Assembly (NCBI RefSeq): GCF_964204645.1
Contig: NW_027437462.1
Location: 1-64,000, forward strand
Source of the DNA: Tubulanus polymorphus
Taxonomy: Eukaryota > Animalia > Nemertea
Direction: 5' to 3'
DNA: 64,000 nt
This document shows positions 27,215 to 46,200 of the stretch, one piece after another. The notes under the pieces are model-generated. The model worked only from the letters and a program-made list of their open reading frames with translations, was not told where the DNA came from and ran no database searches. The translations under genes were made by a program, and so were the position numbers. Position 1 is the stretch's first letter; every line of letters starts with the position of its first letter.

Positions 27215-27969
27215 TTACAGGTATAAATCACTTTAAACTTCACTGGATTTGAACCCATTGGCTAAACAATAAACAATATCAATTTCAATATCATATTATT
27301 TCGAATCCGAAACACTAACACTAGGTTCGAAAAATTGCGTAACACGTTTTTGGGGATATTTCGATACTTCAATTATTTGCTAAAATCTTTATTACGGTAA
27401 TTGAAACAATGCTCACTTGGAATTAGGAACTAAAGCATTTATTATTAGAAAATAGTCTAAGATCCTGAGGGTCCTTATGAGCACCCCCTCCCCTTGTCAC
27501 AATAATGTAACAAACGTTTTGACCCCCGAACCACGCGTTTTTCGAATAGCTTCATGTAGCATACGCACCAGCTACACTTCAATTCAAGCGCATCGATGGG
27601 TTCTGCTGTGCATCGGGATTTCTCCAACTTTATAGCGCGCCGGGAATTCATGGTTCATTCTGTATCTATACGACTTAATAAATCCTAAATTTGAACCGAA
27701 TTACGCAAAATAAAATCTGCTGTTACAATTAAATATTGTGTCTCAGTAATATATTCATTATTCGTCAACGGTGTTGCTCACACCTGCTCGGAGCCCTCCC
27801 ATTCACACCTGATTTCAGGGTGCCGCACCTGCCAGGAGTCCCCTTGTAAGGCCTCCACCTCACCTGCCAGAAGCCCATGTGAACCCTCCGTCTCGATGAA
27901 TGGTCTATTTACTATATGTAAGTGGTTGTGCCTGCACACACGACACACACACACATGTAGTCGTGCAAT

Positions 27970-28914
27970 ATGCATGAATTTATAACGAGTCATATTGGAG
28001 CGATTATAGGTTATATATTAGTTATACTGATCCCTGGAATACATATTGGTACGTATAAACACCGCTAGATGTCACTATGTATGTTAATCGCGCTCAGATT
28101 TAAATACTCTTTGTTTATTTCAGGATCAATACTGTATTTTTGGACGCCATATAAACGCGATTTGGTAGATACCCTCACTTGCCGGTGCCCGTGTTTTGAT
28201 ACTATATTTAAAGGTAATGTTTTCTCATGAATCATTCGTTGGGGTCCTGGTGCTGCCACCTATAACTACTGATCTGTAAACTATCTATTTTCAGGTTCGT
28301 ACGAGAATTTTCCCTCGAAATATAAACATATATACTTCAACGCCACCTGGAATACATGGAAGATTTGGTCGATAACATTTCTCGCAGGGGTCGTTCTTTA
28401 CGAAGCGGTTAAACGATTAATTCATCTGTTCACCACTAGGAGGCTACGCTGGCAGTTTTTAATGTTATTCATAGTCGCGTTTTATTCGCACTATTTTTCG
28501 TGGTGGGTTTATTTTAATTATCTGAATGATGATTTCTATAAACAATGGTTCCATCAGTTATTTTTCACGGTCTCTGAATTCGTTTCAAGTTTCATCGTTT
28601 TTCAATTATGCGATTGTAATATTGAAATCACGTGGTATAAATTATTGATTATAATTACGATCAGTTTAACACATATCGTAATCAGCTGCGTTGATCAATT
28701 TATTCAACATATATTCTATTCTAAAGGTTGGCGTCATCAGATAATCCGTGACTTGGGTTTAATGATTCCCGATTTGTTACACTTATTCATTCCTTTATTT
28801 CATGTATTAAAATGTTTAAATCAATCAGGGATTAAACGACGTCAGTTAATTAAAGATTTAATAACAGCTTTAATTTTCATTGTTGTAATTGTACCATTGA
28901 TCAGTTTTCTGTAA
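27970..28914 (+). CDS. Uncharacterised multipass membrane protein
   Basis: Exons 27970-28048 (MHEFITSHIGAIIGYILVILIPGIHI), 28124-28213 (..CRCPCFDTIFK) and 28295-28914 (..HYFSWWVYFNYLNDDFYKQWFHQLFF..), in phase. A short extra upstream exon at 27900-27917 is possible. Confidence 0.8.
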
Positions 28915-29204
28915 AAATAAATTCAGGTATTTTTGTATAATCTATTATTTCCTGTATCATTTTTCAGCCCCTGTCCCTATAATTCAACTCTAACCGTGGT
29001 ATTTTTATTGTGGTCCAACATTCAACAAAAACAAACGATTTCTGAAAATATCACAGTAATTTTTTCTATTTCTAAATCAATTACAAAAGTTTTATTAACA
29101 ATAATATAATTGGACGGATTAACAATAGATGGCACTAGTGTAGTAAGTAGTAAGGCACACGAGGTCTATATAAATGAGATTGATAATAGATGGCGCTTTA
29201 AGGA

Positions 29205-35557
<6,353 letters not shown>

Positions 35558-37495
35558 TTTCACTCTTTTTACAAAACTGTAATTAAATAATAACATCACA
35601 ATCAGACGCTGGGTTTGGGTTAAAACCAGCAGAGATTTTGGAGAGAGGTTGGTGATGAGGTGGTAATATAAAATGTATTGAATTGGAATTGATCGGATGA
35701 AAACATTATTCCTCATACCTAACGAGCGCGTAATAATCACTAATCCGGCTTGTTAATCCATTATAATCCGACCCATTAATCTATTCTAATCCGCGCTTAA
35801 TTCTATTATGTATTTATAATCGTATCAGTAGCAAAAATCATTTGAGCAGAAATTCGAAGAAATAATAGTGAGTGCATCGCCTAATATTCATGCACGGCTA
35901 CAAATAGATCATAATAAAGTACGTGTAAAATTCAAACTGTATCAAATAAATCGAGTTCCTAATTCAACTATAAATAAATATCGATTAAGACAATTTATCA
36001 CGTATCTAATCAATCATAGACATACATTTTAATTAAAAACGTATCAATGCGCTTCTGTAATTCGGTCTCATCGTAACTAAGGCGACCATCTCTGATGTAT
36101 CGAGTTCGAATCCCATATTTATTGAATAAACCACAGGCTCGGGTTTACTACTCACCTGGCGAATTGTTTTGGATTAGTAACAGATGATAATTTTTTCTGA
36201 GTTGATTCCGCCATTATAAACTCCTGCACAGACAGGTCTCTCCTCTGACTTCCTTCCAATAACTATAATAGAAGTTTTAACTCAACAACACGCGCTCTCT
36301 CTATTTGAAAGTTATATTTACACGATCAATAAAACTAAGAAATCACGAAATATTGACATTTTGAATATAATAAACTTTTATTTCGTATAGTTCTATATCA
36401 TTACATACAAGTGTTTTAATAGTAAATCGACTCGACTCAATAATATCCCGAGAATATCAATATGTTTAGAGAATCTCGATATATAACAAGAATCTCAATA
36501 TATCTCGAGATTCAGTATATATCAAGAATCTTAATATATCGAGAGACTCTCAGTATATATAGAAATAATAAAGAGAATCTCGATGCATTTTGAGAATGTC
36601 GTCAATATATCGCATGAATCTCAGTTTATATTGAGAATCTCGATATACGTTTCACTGCACTAAAAGTTTCAAACACTAAATAGAGGGTTAATATTCAACA
36701 CTTAAGGAGTTAATTGAGAGATAATTCGTTTTTAACATCAAATTCTTTGATCAAAAGTTTGAAGTGTTCTGATTGGTTAATTATGAACACAAAACAACCC
36801 GAAATTATCTCGCAATAAATACCTCAAATAGATATATATTATATATACATATATTTACAGCGCCATCTAGGGGCATATTCAGGAACTTCATTCACACCCG
36901 ATTAAAACTGGTCCCGCAGTGGTCCCCGAAACAGTAATCTATTATCTCCACGGATACCGGTAGTTACTGATCTAATTGTTAGACAATAATCGAAACCGTA
37001 AAAACAAAGAATTGTAAATTCGAAAATCAAATCTAAAACTAAAACCTAAACACCGACCCCTCCCCCCTCCCTTGATGCGTACGTAATATATGAATGACCC
37101 CCTAAACATGTTTCGTCATTTAAAACATTTATATAAACAAATATGAATTTAAAAATTCAGTGATCATCGTTAGAAACAACAGACAAACTATAGAATCTCC
37201 ATAGCAACGAGCAACAATATTACTCTGTATCTATAGACTATATATATATATACAGTACAACATAGTAACAATTCAGGAGTTGAGGACACCAGTCCAACAA
37301 TTTCAGGACACCAGTCTAATAAAGACGACTCCTAGTCATGTGGCGCCGTCTTTGATATATTACTCGAACCATAATTAAACTGTACAAACATTAAAATCGT
37401 CAATGATTGCTGGTATTATATTCCTGTTGTAACGCTACAACGGTTGTCAGGGTTTTCTAATCCGGGATTAGTAACTATGATAGTCGTCGTGGTCG

Positions 37496-40400
37496 TTAAT
37501 CCGGCGGTAGTAGCTCATGTAGATGGAATCGATTTTTGATATGAGGACGAACGTCTTCTTTCTGAAAAAATTCATCTCATTTTATAAGAAGATATTTGAT
37601 AATCACAAAATCTCGTTAATCTCGCATTAATTCTTACCATGGAAACTAAACTTTCTAAAAACGGTAACATTTTCATTAATTCACTATCGTTATTATCGGT
37701 GAACCAACTTTCAATCGGTATTCCATTCCATAACTACAAATAAACAACAAACAATCATTAATCATGAATCAGTTCAAAAACAAACGACAATCGCAGCTTA
37801 CGATCGTTTTGTTGTTACCTGGTAACCGAATGCTTGCGGCGAATTATCAACAATGATCGTTTTTTCGAGATCTCGACCGAGAATTTTCAGATCCTTGATA
37901 TAATTACCGTTAACACAAACGCAATGTTCACGAAACAGACGATGCCTAAAAAATATCAAATCATTATTATTATCGATATAGCGTTATTGGATATATCGTG
38001 AGGCATCTAGAAATATCTTACTTGATCCATTTTTTATCCGGATCTAAAAGATTCATCAATTTATCGGCGTAAACTTTCTTCGAAGCAGTAAATAGAATCA
38101 CTTCGAATAATTGAGAAACTCGGTTGAGAAATTCTTTAAAAAATGGTCGCGTTCGAACAAACACCTATAAATAATCAATAGTCAATCAATAATCAATCAA
38201 TAATTGAACGCTATGGTTTATTGATTACTGGTGTGTAAATAAATACCTGATACGTGACATCTTGAAATACAACAGGAAAAACAAAAGCAGCTTCATCCAT
38301 TTTATTCAGACTACAGTGAACTAATGTCTCATCCTATAATAAAACATGATTATATAACAAACAGTCGCTCCACGTGATCCACGTAGCTCCACGTGGATAA
38401 AACAACACAATACATACCAAATCTAGAACTAGTGAGAATTCTGGAGTACTGCGAGTTTTCAGAGGTAAAGCTGGAGCTCGTGCCCTCATTTCATCTGTTA
38501 ATGGTGGAAGATGCTTTATAAAATAATACCTGAAATTTAAAAGGACACAAATGAGGAGGTTGTTCAAGTAGGCAGTAGGTTCAAGTAGGTTGTAGGTTCA
38601 AGTAGGTTGTAGGTTCAAGTAGGTTGTAGGTTCAAGTAGGCAGTAGGTTTAAGTAGGCTGTAGGTATGAGTCAGGCTGTAGGTATGAGTCAGGCTGTAGG
38701 TTCAAGTAGGCTGTAGGTACGGCAGTAGGTACGGCTGTATGACATGCTGAAATACTTACGGATCAAACGTTTCAAACTCCGCATTTTCAACCGTTTCTTG
38801 CTGCGAATCGTCATCGTTGTCATAGTTACCAGTTGTATTGTTGTAAACGTCCTCAGTTTCTGGGCACGGTAACAACAATGGAACGGGTTGATCAATAGGT
38901 GGCGCCTCGTTCTCTTTACACGATGATTCACTACTCGAACCGGAATCATTCAACGATTCATCATCGTCATCGCTGAACTCTTTCGCTAATTCATCTTCAT
39001 CTTCCTCGTCTCCTAGTAACACAACAATCGCAGTCAGTTCAATTCAATTTTCAAATGAGTTTCACCCCCTGGTGTTGAAAAAACTCACCATCTTTATCGA
39101 AGTATTGAAACACCGGTGAAAACAGCTGACCTAGAATAGTTCCCTTAGTGCGTACAGGTGTCGCCGGTGGTTTCGTCGTGGTCGTTCGTTGTTTACCTAT
39201 GAGAGATGAAACTGCCGCTATCAATCTCCATTCGCTAATAGGTGGCGCTGATACCGCTACTGCTGTAAACATACACACATTCATTCACACTCATACACCA
39301 TGCATTCACCACTAGGGGGAGCTGCTGTCAGGGGATTCACTTACCTGTACTACGAGATCTGGCTTTTTGTTTTTTAGGCTGCGGTGACGATGTTATGAGA
39401 TCAGCGCCCTCTATCTGTCGTTTGTTCACCTATCAATAATATATAGATATATAATTACCACGGAAATGATTGATAATAGTTGACGTAATAGATTGTTGGA
39501 GGGGGGCGCGTTACGGACCTGTTTAACCCCAGTCGATGACCACGGAATTAAATTCTTGATTGTTGTAAATAAACCAGCAGCAGCAGCAGCGGCGGTTGTC
39601 GACGACGACGACTCCTGCAAAACAATCACACATTTTTATTACAACACCACAGAATGTGAGCGTATGACTGATCAGTCTGACTCAAGGGAGTCTGACCTGA
39701 AGGATCAGTCAGACTCAAGGGAGTCTGACCTGAAGGGTCAGTCAGACTCAAGGGAGTCTGACCTGAAGGATCAGTCAGACTCAAGGGAGTCTGACCTGAA
39801 GGATCAGTCAGACTCAAGGGAGTCTGACCTGAAGGGTCAGTCTGACTCAAGGGAGTCTGACCTGAACGATCAGTCAGACTCAAGGGAGTCTGACCTGAAG
39901 GGTCAGTCTGACTCAAGGGAGTCCGACCTGAAGGATCAGTCAGACTCAAGGGAGTCTGACCTGAAGGATCAATCAGACTCAAGGGAGTCCGACCTGAAGG
40001 ATCAGTCAGACTCAAGAGAGTCTGACCTGAACGATCAGTCAGACTCAAGGGAGTCTGACCTGAAGGGTCAGTCTGACTCAAGGGAGTCTGACCTGAACGA
40101 TCAGTCAGACTCAAGGGAGTCTGACCTGAACGATCAGTCAGACTCAAGGGAGTCCGACCTGAACGATCAGTCAGACTCAAGGGAGTCTGACCTGAACGAT
40201 CAGTCAGACTCAAGAGAGTCTGACCTGAACGATCAGTCAGACTCAAGGGAGTCTGACCTGAAGGATCAATCAGACTCAAGGGAGTCCGACCTGAAGGATC
40301 AGTCAGACTCAAGAGAGTCTGACCTGAACGATCAGTCAGACTCAAGGGAGTCCGACCTGAACGATCAGTCAGACTCAAGGGAGTCTGACCTGAAGGGTCA

Positions 40401-41269
40401 ATCAGACTCAAGGGAGTCTGACCTGAACGATCAGTCAGACTCAAGGGAGTCTGACCTGAACGATCAGTCAGACTCAAGAGAGTCTGACCTGAACGATCAG
40501 TCAGACTCAAGGGAGTCCGACCTGAACGATCAGTCAGACTCAAGGGAGTCTGACCTGAACGATCAGTCAGACTCAAGGGAGTCCGACCTGAAGGGTCAGT
40601 CAGACTCAAGAGAGTCCGACCTGAACGATCAGTCAGACTCAAGGGAGTCCGACCTGAAGGATCAGTCTGACTCAAGGGAGTCCGACCTGAAGGATCAGTC
40701 AGACTCAAGAGAGTCCGACCTGAACGATCAGTCAGACTCAAGGGAGTCCGACCTGAAGGATCAGTCTGACTCAAGGGAGTCCGACCTGAACGATCAGTCA
40801 GACTCAAGGGAGTCCGACCTGAAGGATCAGTCAGACTCAAGAGAGTCTGACCTGAACGATCAGTCAGACTCAAGGGAGTCTGACCTGAAGGGTCAGACAG
40901 ACTCAAGGGAGTCTGACCTGAACGATCAGTCAGACTCAAGGGAGTCCGACCTGAACGATCAGTCAGACTCAAGGGAGTCCGACCTGAACGATCAGTCTGA
41001 CTCAAGGGAGTCTGACCTGAACGATCAGTCAGACTCAAGGGAGTCTGACCTGAAGGGTCAGTCAGACTCAAGGGAGTCTGACCTGAAGGGTCAGTCAGAC
41101 TCAAGGGACTACAAAAGGAATCTGAAATCGATATAAATTTAATCCTAACCTGTTTTTTATTCTCTAACAATAAAACAGCGTTCTGTTTTTTAACTTTCAC
41201 TAAATTCGTCCTTTTAGTCGTTCTCAACGGTTTATCAGTGCTGTTACCATGACGACTGCGTAACTTCAT
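37496..41269 (-). CDS. CTDSPL2: CTD small phosphatase-like protein 2 (SCP4)
   Basis: MKLRSR start; [32 protein letters not shown]|DETLVHCS (DxDxT motif), [40 protein letters not shown]; C-terminus [19 protein letters not shown]. Confidence 0.95.
39665..41110. repeat. Intronic 33-bp hairpin-forming minisatellite (~44 units)
   Basis: gatcagtcagactcaagggagtctgacctgaa(c/g) inside CTDSPL2 intron 39615-41149. Confidence 0.95.
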
Positions 41270-42401
41270 TGTTGGTGTTGGTCGATCGCAGTACAGTACC
41301 ACGTCCTGTCGCCTGGTATTGTATTGTTCTGAAATAAATCTCAAACCTGTTTATAACTTGTCATTGAACCTACAGTTTGATCTTATCAATACTTATCAAG
41401 TTCATCTTATCAGTGTCTAAACAAACAATAGAAGTTCAATTGAATATTGGCAGATTACCTAAATCTGAAGAAAGGTTAGGATGAAGAATGGTGGGGAGGG
41501 AGGGGAGGGGGGAGGGGGGTACTGATCTGGTTCTTACTTACATCAATAAAATTAAAGTAAAAACATTTCACCTGTAACAGACTATAATCTAGTGTAAGTT
41601 CCATTGATTGCGATTGGTTGTAATGATCTGTGCTTACTGCTGGGCTGATGTAACGACAGTCCTCATTGGCTTACTAACCCTAACCCTAGGTCCAGGCCTC
41701 TGATAGGTCACTGATTGTTAGTGTGTGTCACACACTGACAGTTGTAAACAGATGATTTAGGGACCCATTCATAAATTTGTGTAAATCCAGTTTGGTTTCA
41801 ATTCATAAACATTACTTAAATAAATATAATCCAAATAAATTTATGAATTAAAATGTTTAAAACTTTTACTAATTGATTACTTTACCCTAATCCTGACTGT
41901 CCTTTAGTACAAACATTAGATAACCTGTATCATCACACACAGAGTTTATATAGAAGTCTTACCTTGTGAAACACATAAATATATCCAATAACTATTTGAC
42001 AATAATCATTAGTGTAAATAGTGATTGAGATGTTGAGTAGAGCTGATTAGTCACTAACTGAACAGCAGCAGCTGGATACCAGTGTGAGTAGAGGGTGGAT
42101 AGACTGAACCACCCAAACCATCCACCAAACTGTCAATAATTAGTGAGTGACACTAATTAACAGTTAGATGAGCATCATCTATATCTGAGTATTCACCCCC
42201 CCCCCCCCCAAAGAGCCGTATAGCCTGTTATAGGAATTATTATCAAACTTGATAGATCAATCAGAAATTGACTACCTATAATCTATTGAATCTCGTGGTT
42301 GGTTTCATTTTCTCATCCACCAATTTTAGGTTAGATTCATTCCATTACATAGCTCGACTCTGTGTATAGAGCAGCCCTAGGGCTGGAGAGCTTTAGGTTA
42401 G

Positions 42402-42432
<31 letters not shown>

Positions 42433-42639
42433 CCAGCAGCAGCACCAGCAGGGTTTGAAGAGGCAGAAAATCGATGAAACTATGGCTCGAATTCCAAGTC
42501 GTTTTTTCTACAGTTTAAACCGATTTATCGCTATCAAAACATTCGCGATCTTTTACTGCAGATACTAAACAGTAAACATTACTTACTGAAACTGTTAATT
42601 CGCGAGCATTTGAACGTAAAATCCCGGGTAATTTAAAAC

Positions 42640-42720
42640 AGCAGCAGCAGCGTCGCTTCCTCCCTCTTCACGCCATTACTACGGCTATTATTCATCGCGC
42701 ATGCGCTAATCCTCATAGCC
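42640..42720 (-). promoter_or_regulatory. Putative CTDSPL2 promoter / first non-coding exon region
   Basis: NRF1-like CGCGCATGCGC at ~42697, YY1-like CGCCATT at ~42671, and minus-strand GTAAG donors at ~42587 and ~41962. Confidence 0.5.
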
Positions 42721-43262
42721 GATCAATTAAATTAGTTAATTTTTAGACGAATTAAACAAAAAACAATCAAAGAACAAAAATATTGGGTGAAAAACGATTT
42801 ATTTATGATCTAAAAGTGGACGGAAATAAGGCGCGATCGTCGGAGAATATAAATCAATCTATAAATATAACTTACAGAAAATACCGAGTAGTTTCGATCG
42901 ATAACTGCAGATGGCAGCACCTACTGGCAAGTGCGTTTTAACTCTCATCATTGTAAACATAATAAAATAATCTTGTTCTTTTATACAATTGCACAAAATA
43001 ATTATAATTTCAACAATTTTTACAAAATATATTATAAAACGTCATCCTAACAACAACAGTAACAACAAATAACCCTAAAAAAGTTGAGTTGAGCTACAAT
43101 AATAAAACTGTATCAATTACAACAACTTTCAGGCAAAGATAGTGTGATATAAATAACCCTGCATTGACAATATAGGGAGTATTATGTGGGAAGGGATATA
43201 AGGGAGCGAGGGGAGTGAGGAGGGGGGAAAGAGGGAGTTAGGGGGGGCGGGCTGAGCATTGA

Positions 43263-46200
43263 TCACTGATCAGAACTCGATTGTTCTCTCTTCTTGCGGC
43301 TGCGTCGAGCTCTCAGTTTTTCCTGAAGTCCCTGATCCATTCTTAACTTATTCATTTCTTGAGCTCGTTGGAAATCTTCCATTTGTTGTTCGTGTTGAGC
43401 TTGAAGAGCTGATATATCACCTGTTAATATCAATTATCATATTTCAGATCAAAATATCAAAATATCGAATGTAGTCACACAAGTTTTTGAATAAAGATTT
43501 TTACCGAATAAATCTTCTTGCGTCGGAGCAGGAGCTAATTCAGAAAGAGGCAGCGGAGATGGAGTCTGATCAATAGCGGCGCCACCTGCAGGAATATCTG
43601 CTGCAACAGGTGCAGAATCAGAAACATCTTCATCAACGGTTTCATCAGTTTTAGAAATATCTGGAGCTGCATCATCACCCTAAAATATACATAACAGATA
43701 GACAGTGTTAGTGACAGCTACTGTCACAGATAGACAGTGTTAGTGACAGCTACTGTCACAAATAGACAGTGTTAGTGACAGCTACTGTCACAAATATACA
43801 GTGTTAGTGACAGCTACTGTCACAGATAGACCGTGTAAGTGACAGCTACTGTCACAGATAGACCGTGTTAGTGACAGCTACTGTCACAGATAGACCGTGT
43901 TAGTGACAGCTACTGTCACAGATAGACCGTGTTAGTGACAGCTACTGTCACAGATAGACCGTGTTAGTGACAGCTACTGTCACAGATAGACCGTGTTAGC
44001 GACAGCTTTCACAGATAGACAGCTAAAAGTCACATACTGTCACCAATAGTGACAGTAACTAAACTTACCGATTGTAAATCACCAGCATGAGAAACGTCAT
44101 CAGCAGTAAACAATAACATAACGTCATGTGACTGATCTTCAGATGATTTCAATACAGTAAATTCATCTGTAAATAAATAAAACAACTACAATTATAATCA
44201 GTGAGGCTGGACGGATAAATAGAGAGATAATCAGTGAGGCTGGACGGATAAATAGAGATAATCAGTGAGGCTGGATGGATAAATAGAGAGATAATCAGTG
44301 AGACTGGATGGATAAATAGAGAGATAATCAGTGAGGCTGGATGGATAAATAGAGAGATAATCACTGAGGCTGGACAGATAAATAGAGAGATAATCAGTGA
44401 GGCTGGATGGATAAATAGAGAGATAATCAGTGAGGCTGGACGGATAAATAGAGAGATAATCACTGAGACTGGACAGATAAATAGAGAGATAATCAGTGAG
44501 GCTGGATGGATAAATAGAGAGATAATCAGTGAGGCTTGGATGGATAAATAGAGAGATAATCAGTGAGGCTGGATGGATAAATAGAGAGATAATCACTGAG
44601 GCTGGACAGATAAATAGAGAGATAATCAGTGAGGCTGGATGGATAAATAGAGAGATAATCAGTGAGGCTGGATGGATAAATAGAGAGATAATCAGTGAGG
44701 CTTGGATGGATAAATAGAGAGATAATCAGTGAGGCTGGATGGATAAATAGAGAGATAATCAGTGAGGCTTGGATGGATAAATAGAGAGATAATCAGTGCT
44801 GCTGGATGGATAGATAGAGAGATAATCAGTGAGGCTGGATGGATAAATAGAGAGATAATCAGTGAGGCTGGACGGATAAATAGAGAGATAATCAGTGAGA
44901 CTGGATGGATAAATAGAGAGATAATCAGTGAGGCTGGACAGATAAATAGAGAGATAATCAGTGCTGCTGGATGGATAAATAGAGAGATAATCACTGAGGC
45001 TGGACAGATAAATAGAGAGATAATCACTGAGGCTGGACAGATAAATAGAGAGATAATCAGTGAGGCTGGATGGATAAATAGAGAGATAATCAGTGAGGCT
45101 GGATGGATAAATAGAGAGATAATCAGTGAGGCTTGGATGGATAAATAGAGAGATAATCAGTGCTGCTGGATGGATAAATAGAGAGATAATCAGTGCTGCT
45201 GGATGGATAAATAGAGAGATAATCAGTGAGGCTGGATGGATAAATAGAGAGATAATCAGTGAGGCTGGATGGATAAATAGAGAGATAATCACTGTGACTG
45301 GATGGATAAATAGAGAGATAATCAGTGAGGCTGGATGGATAAATAGAGAGATAATCAGTGAGGCTGGATGGATAAATAGAGAGATAATCAGTGAGGCTTG
45401 GATGGATAAATAGAGAGATAATCAGTGAGGCTTGGATGGATAAATAGAGAGATAATCAGTGAGGCTTGGATGGATAAATAGAGAGATAATCAGTGAGGCT
45501 GGATGGATAAATAGAGAGATAATCAGTGAGGCTGGATGGATAAATAGAGAGATAATCAGTGAGGCTTGGATGGATAAATAGAGAGATAATCAGTGAGGCT
45601 TGGATGGATAAATAGAGAGATAATCAGTGAGGCTTGGATGGATAGATAGAGAGATAATCAGTGAGGCTGGATGGATAAATAGAGAGATAATCAGTGCTGC
45701 TGGATGGATAAATAGAGAGATAATCAGTGAGGCTGGATGGATAAATAGAGAGATAATCAGTGAGGCTTGGATGGATAGATAGAGAGATAATCAGTGAGGC
45801 TGGATGGATAAATAGAGAGATAATCAGTGCTGCTGGATGGATAAATAGAGAGATAATCAGTGAGGCTGGATGGATAAATAGAGAGATAATCAGTGCTGCT
45901 GGATGGATAAATAGAGAGATAATCAGTGAGGCTGGATGGATAAATAGAGAGATAATCAGTGAGGCTGGATGGATAAATAGAGAGATAATCAGTGAGGCTT
46001 GGATGGATAAATAGAGAGATAATCAGTGCTGCTGGATGGATAAATAGAGAGATAATCAGTGAGGCTGGACGGATAAATAGAGAGATAATCAGTGAGGCTT
46101 GGATGGATAAATAGAGAGATAATCAGTGCTGCTGGATGGATAAATAGAGAGATAATCAGTGAGGCTGGACGGATAAATAGAGAGATAATCAGTGAGGCTT

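Noticed and set aside
36095-36120. tRNA/SINE B-box GTTCGAATCC
   Set aside because: No paired T-stem, A-box or cloverleaf.
39665-41110. CRISPR-like array or a genuine 547-aa [10 protein letters not shown] protein
   Set aside because: No unique spacers and a eukaryotic context. It lies within a GT-AG intron, and the ORFs follow from a stop-free 33-bp unit.
42362-42568. PolyQ ORF
   Set aside because: CAG microsatellite antisense within the CTDSPL2 5' region, with no ATG start or other coding support.
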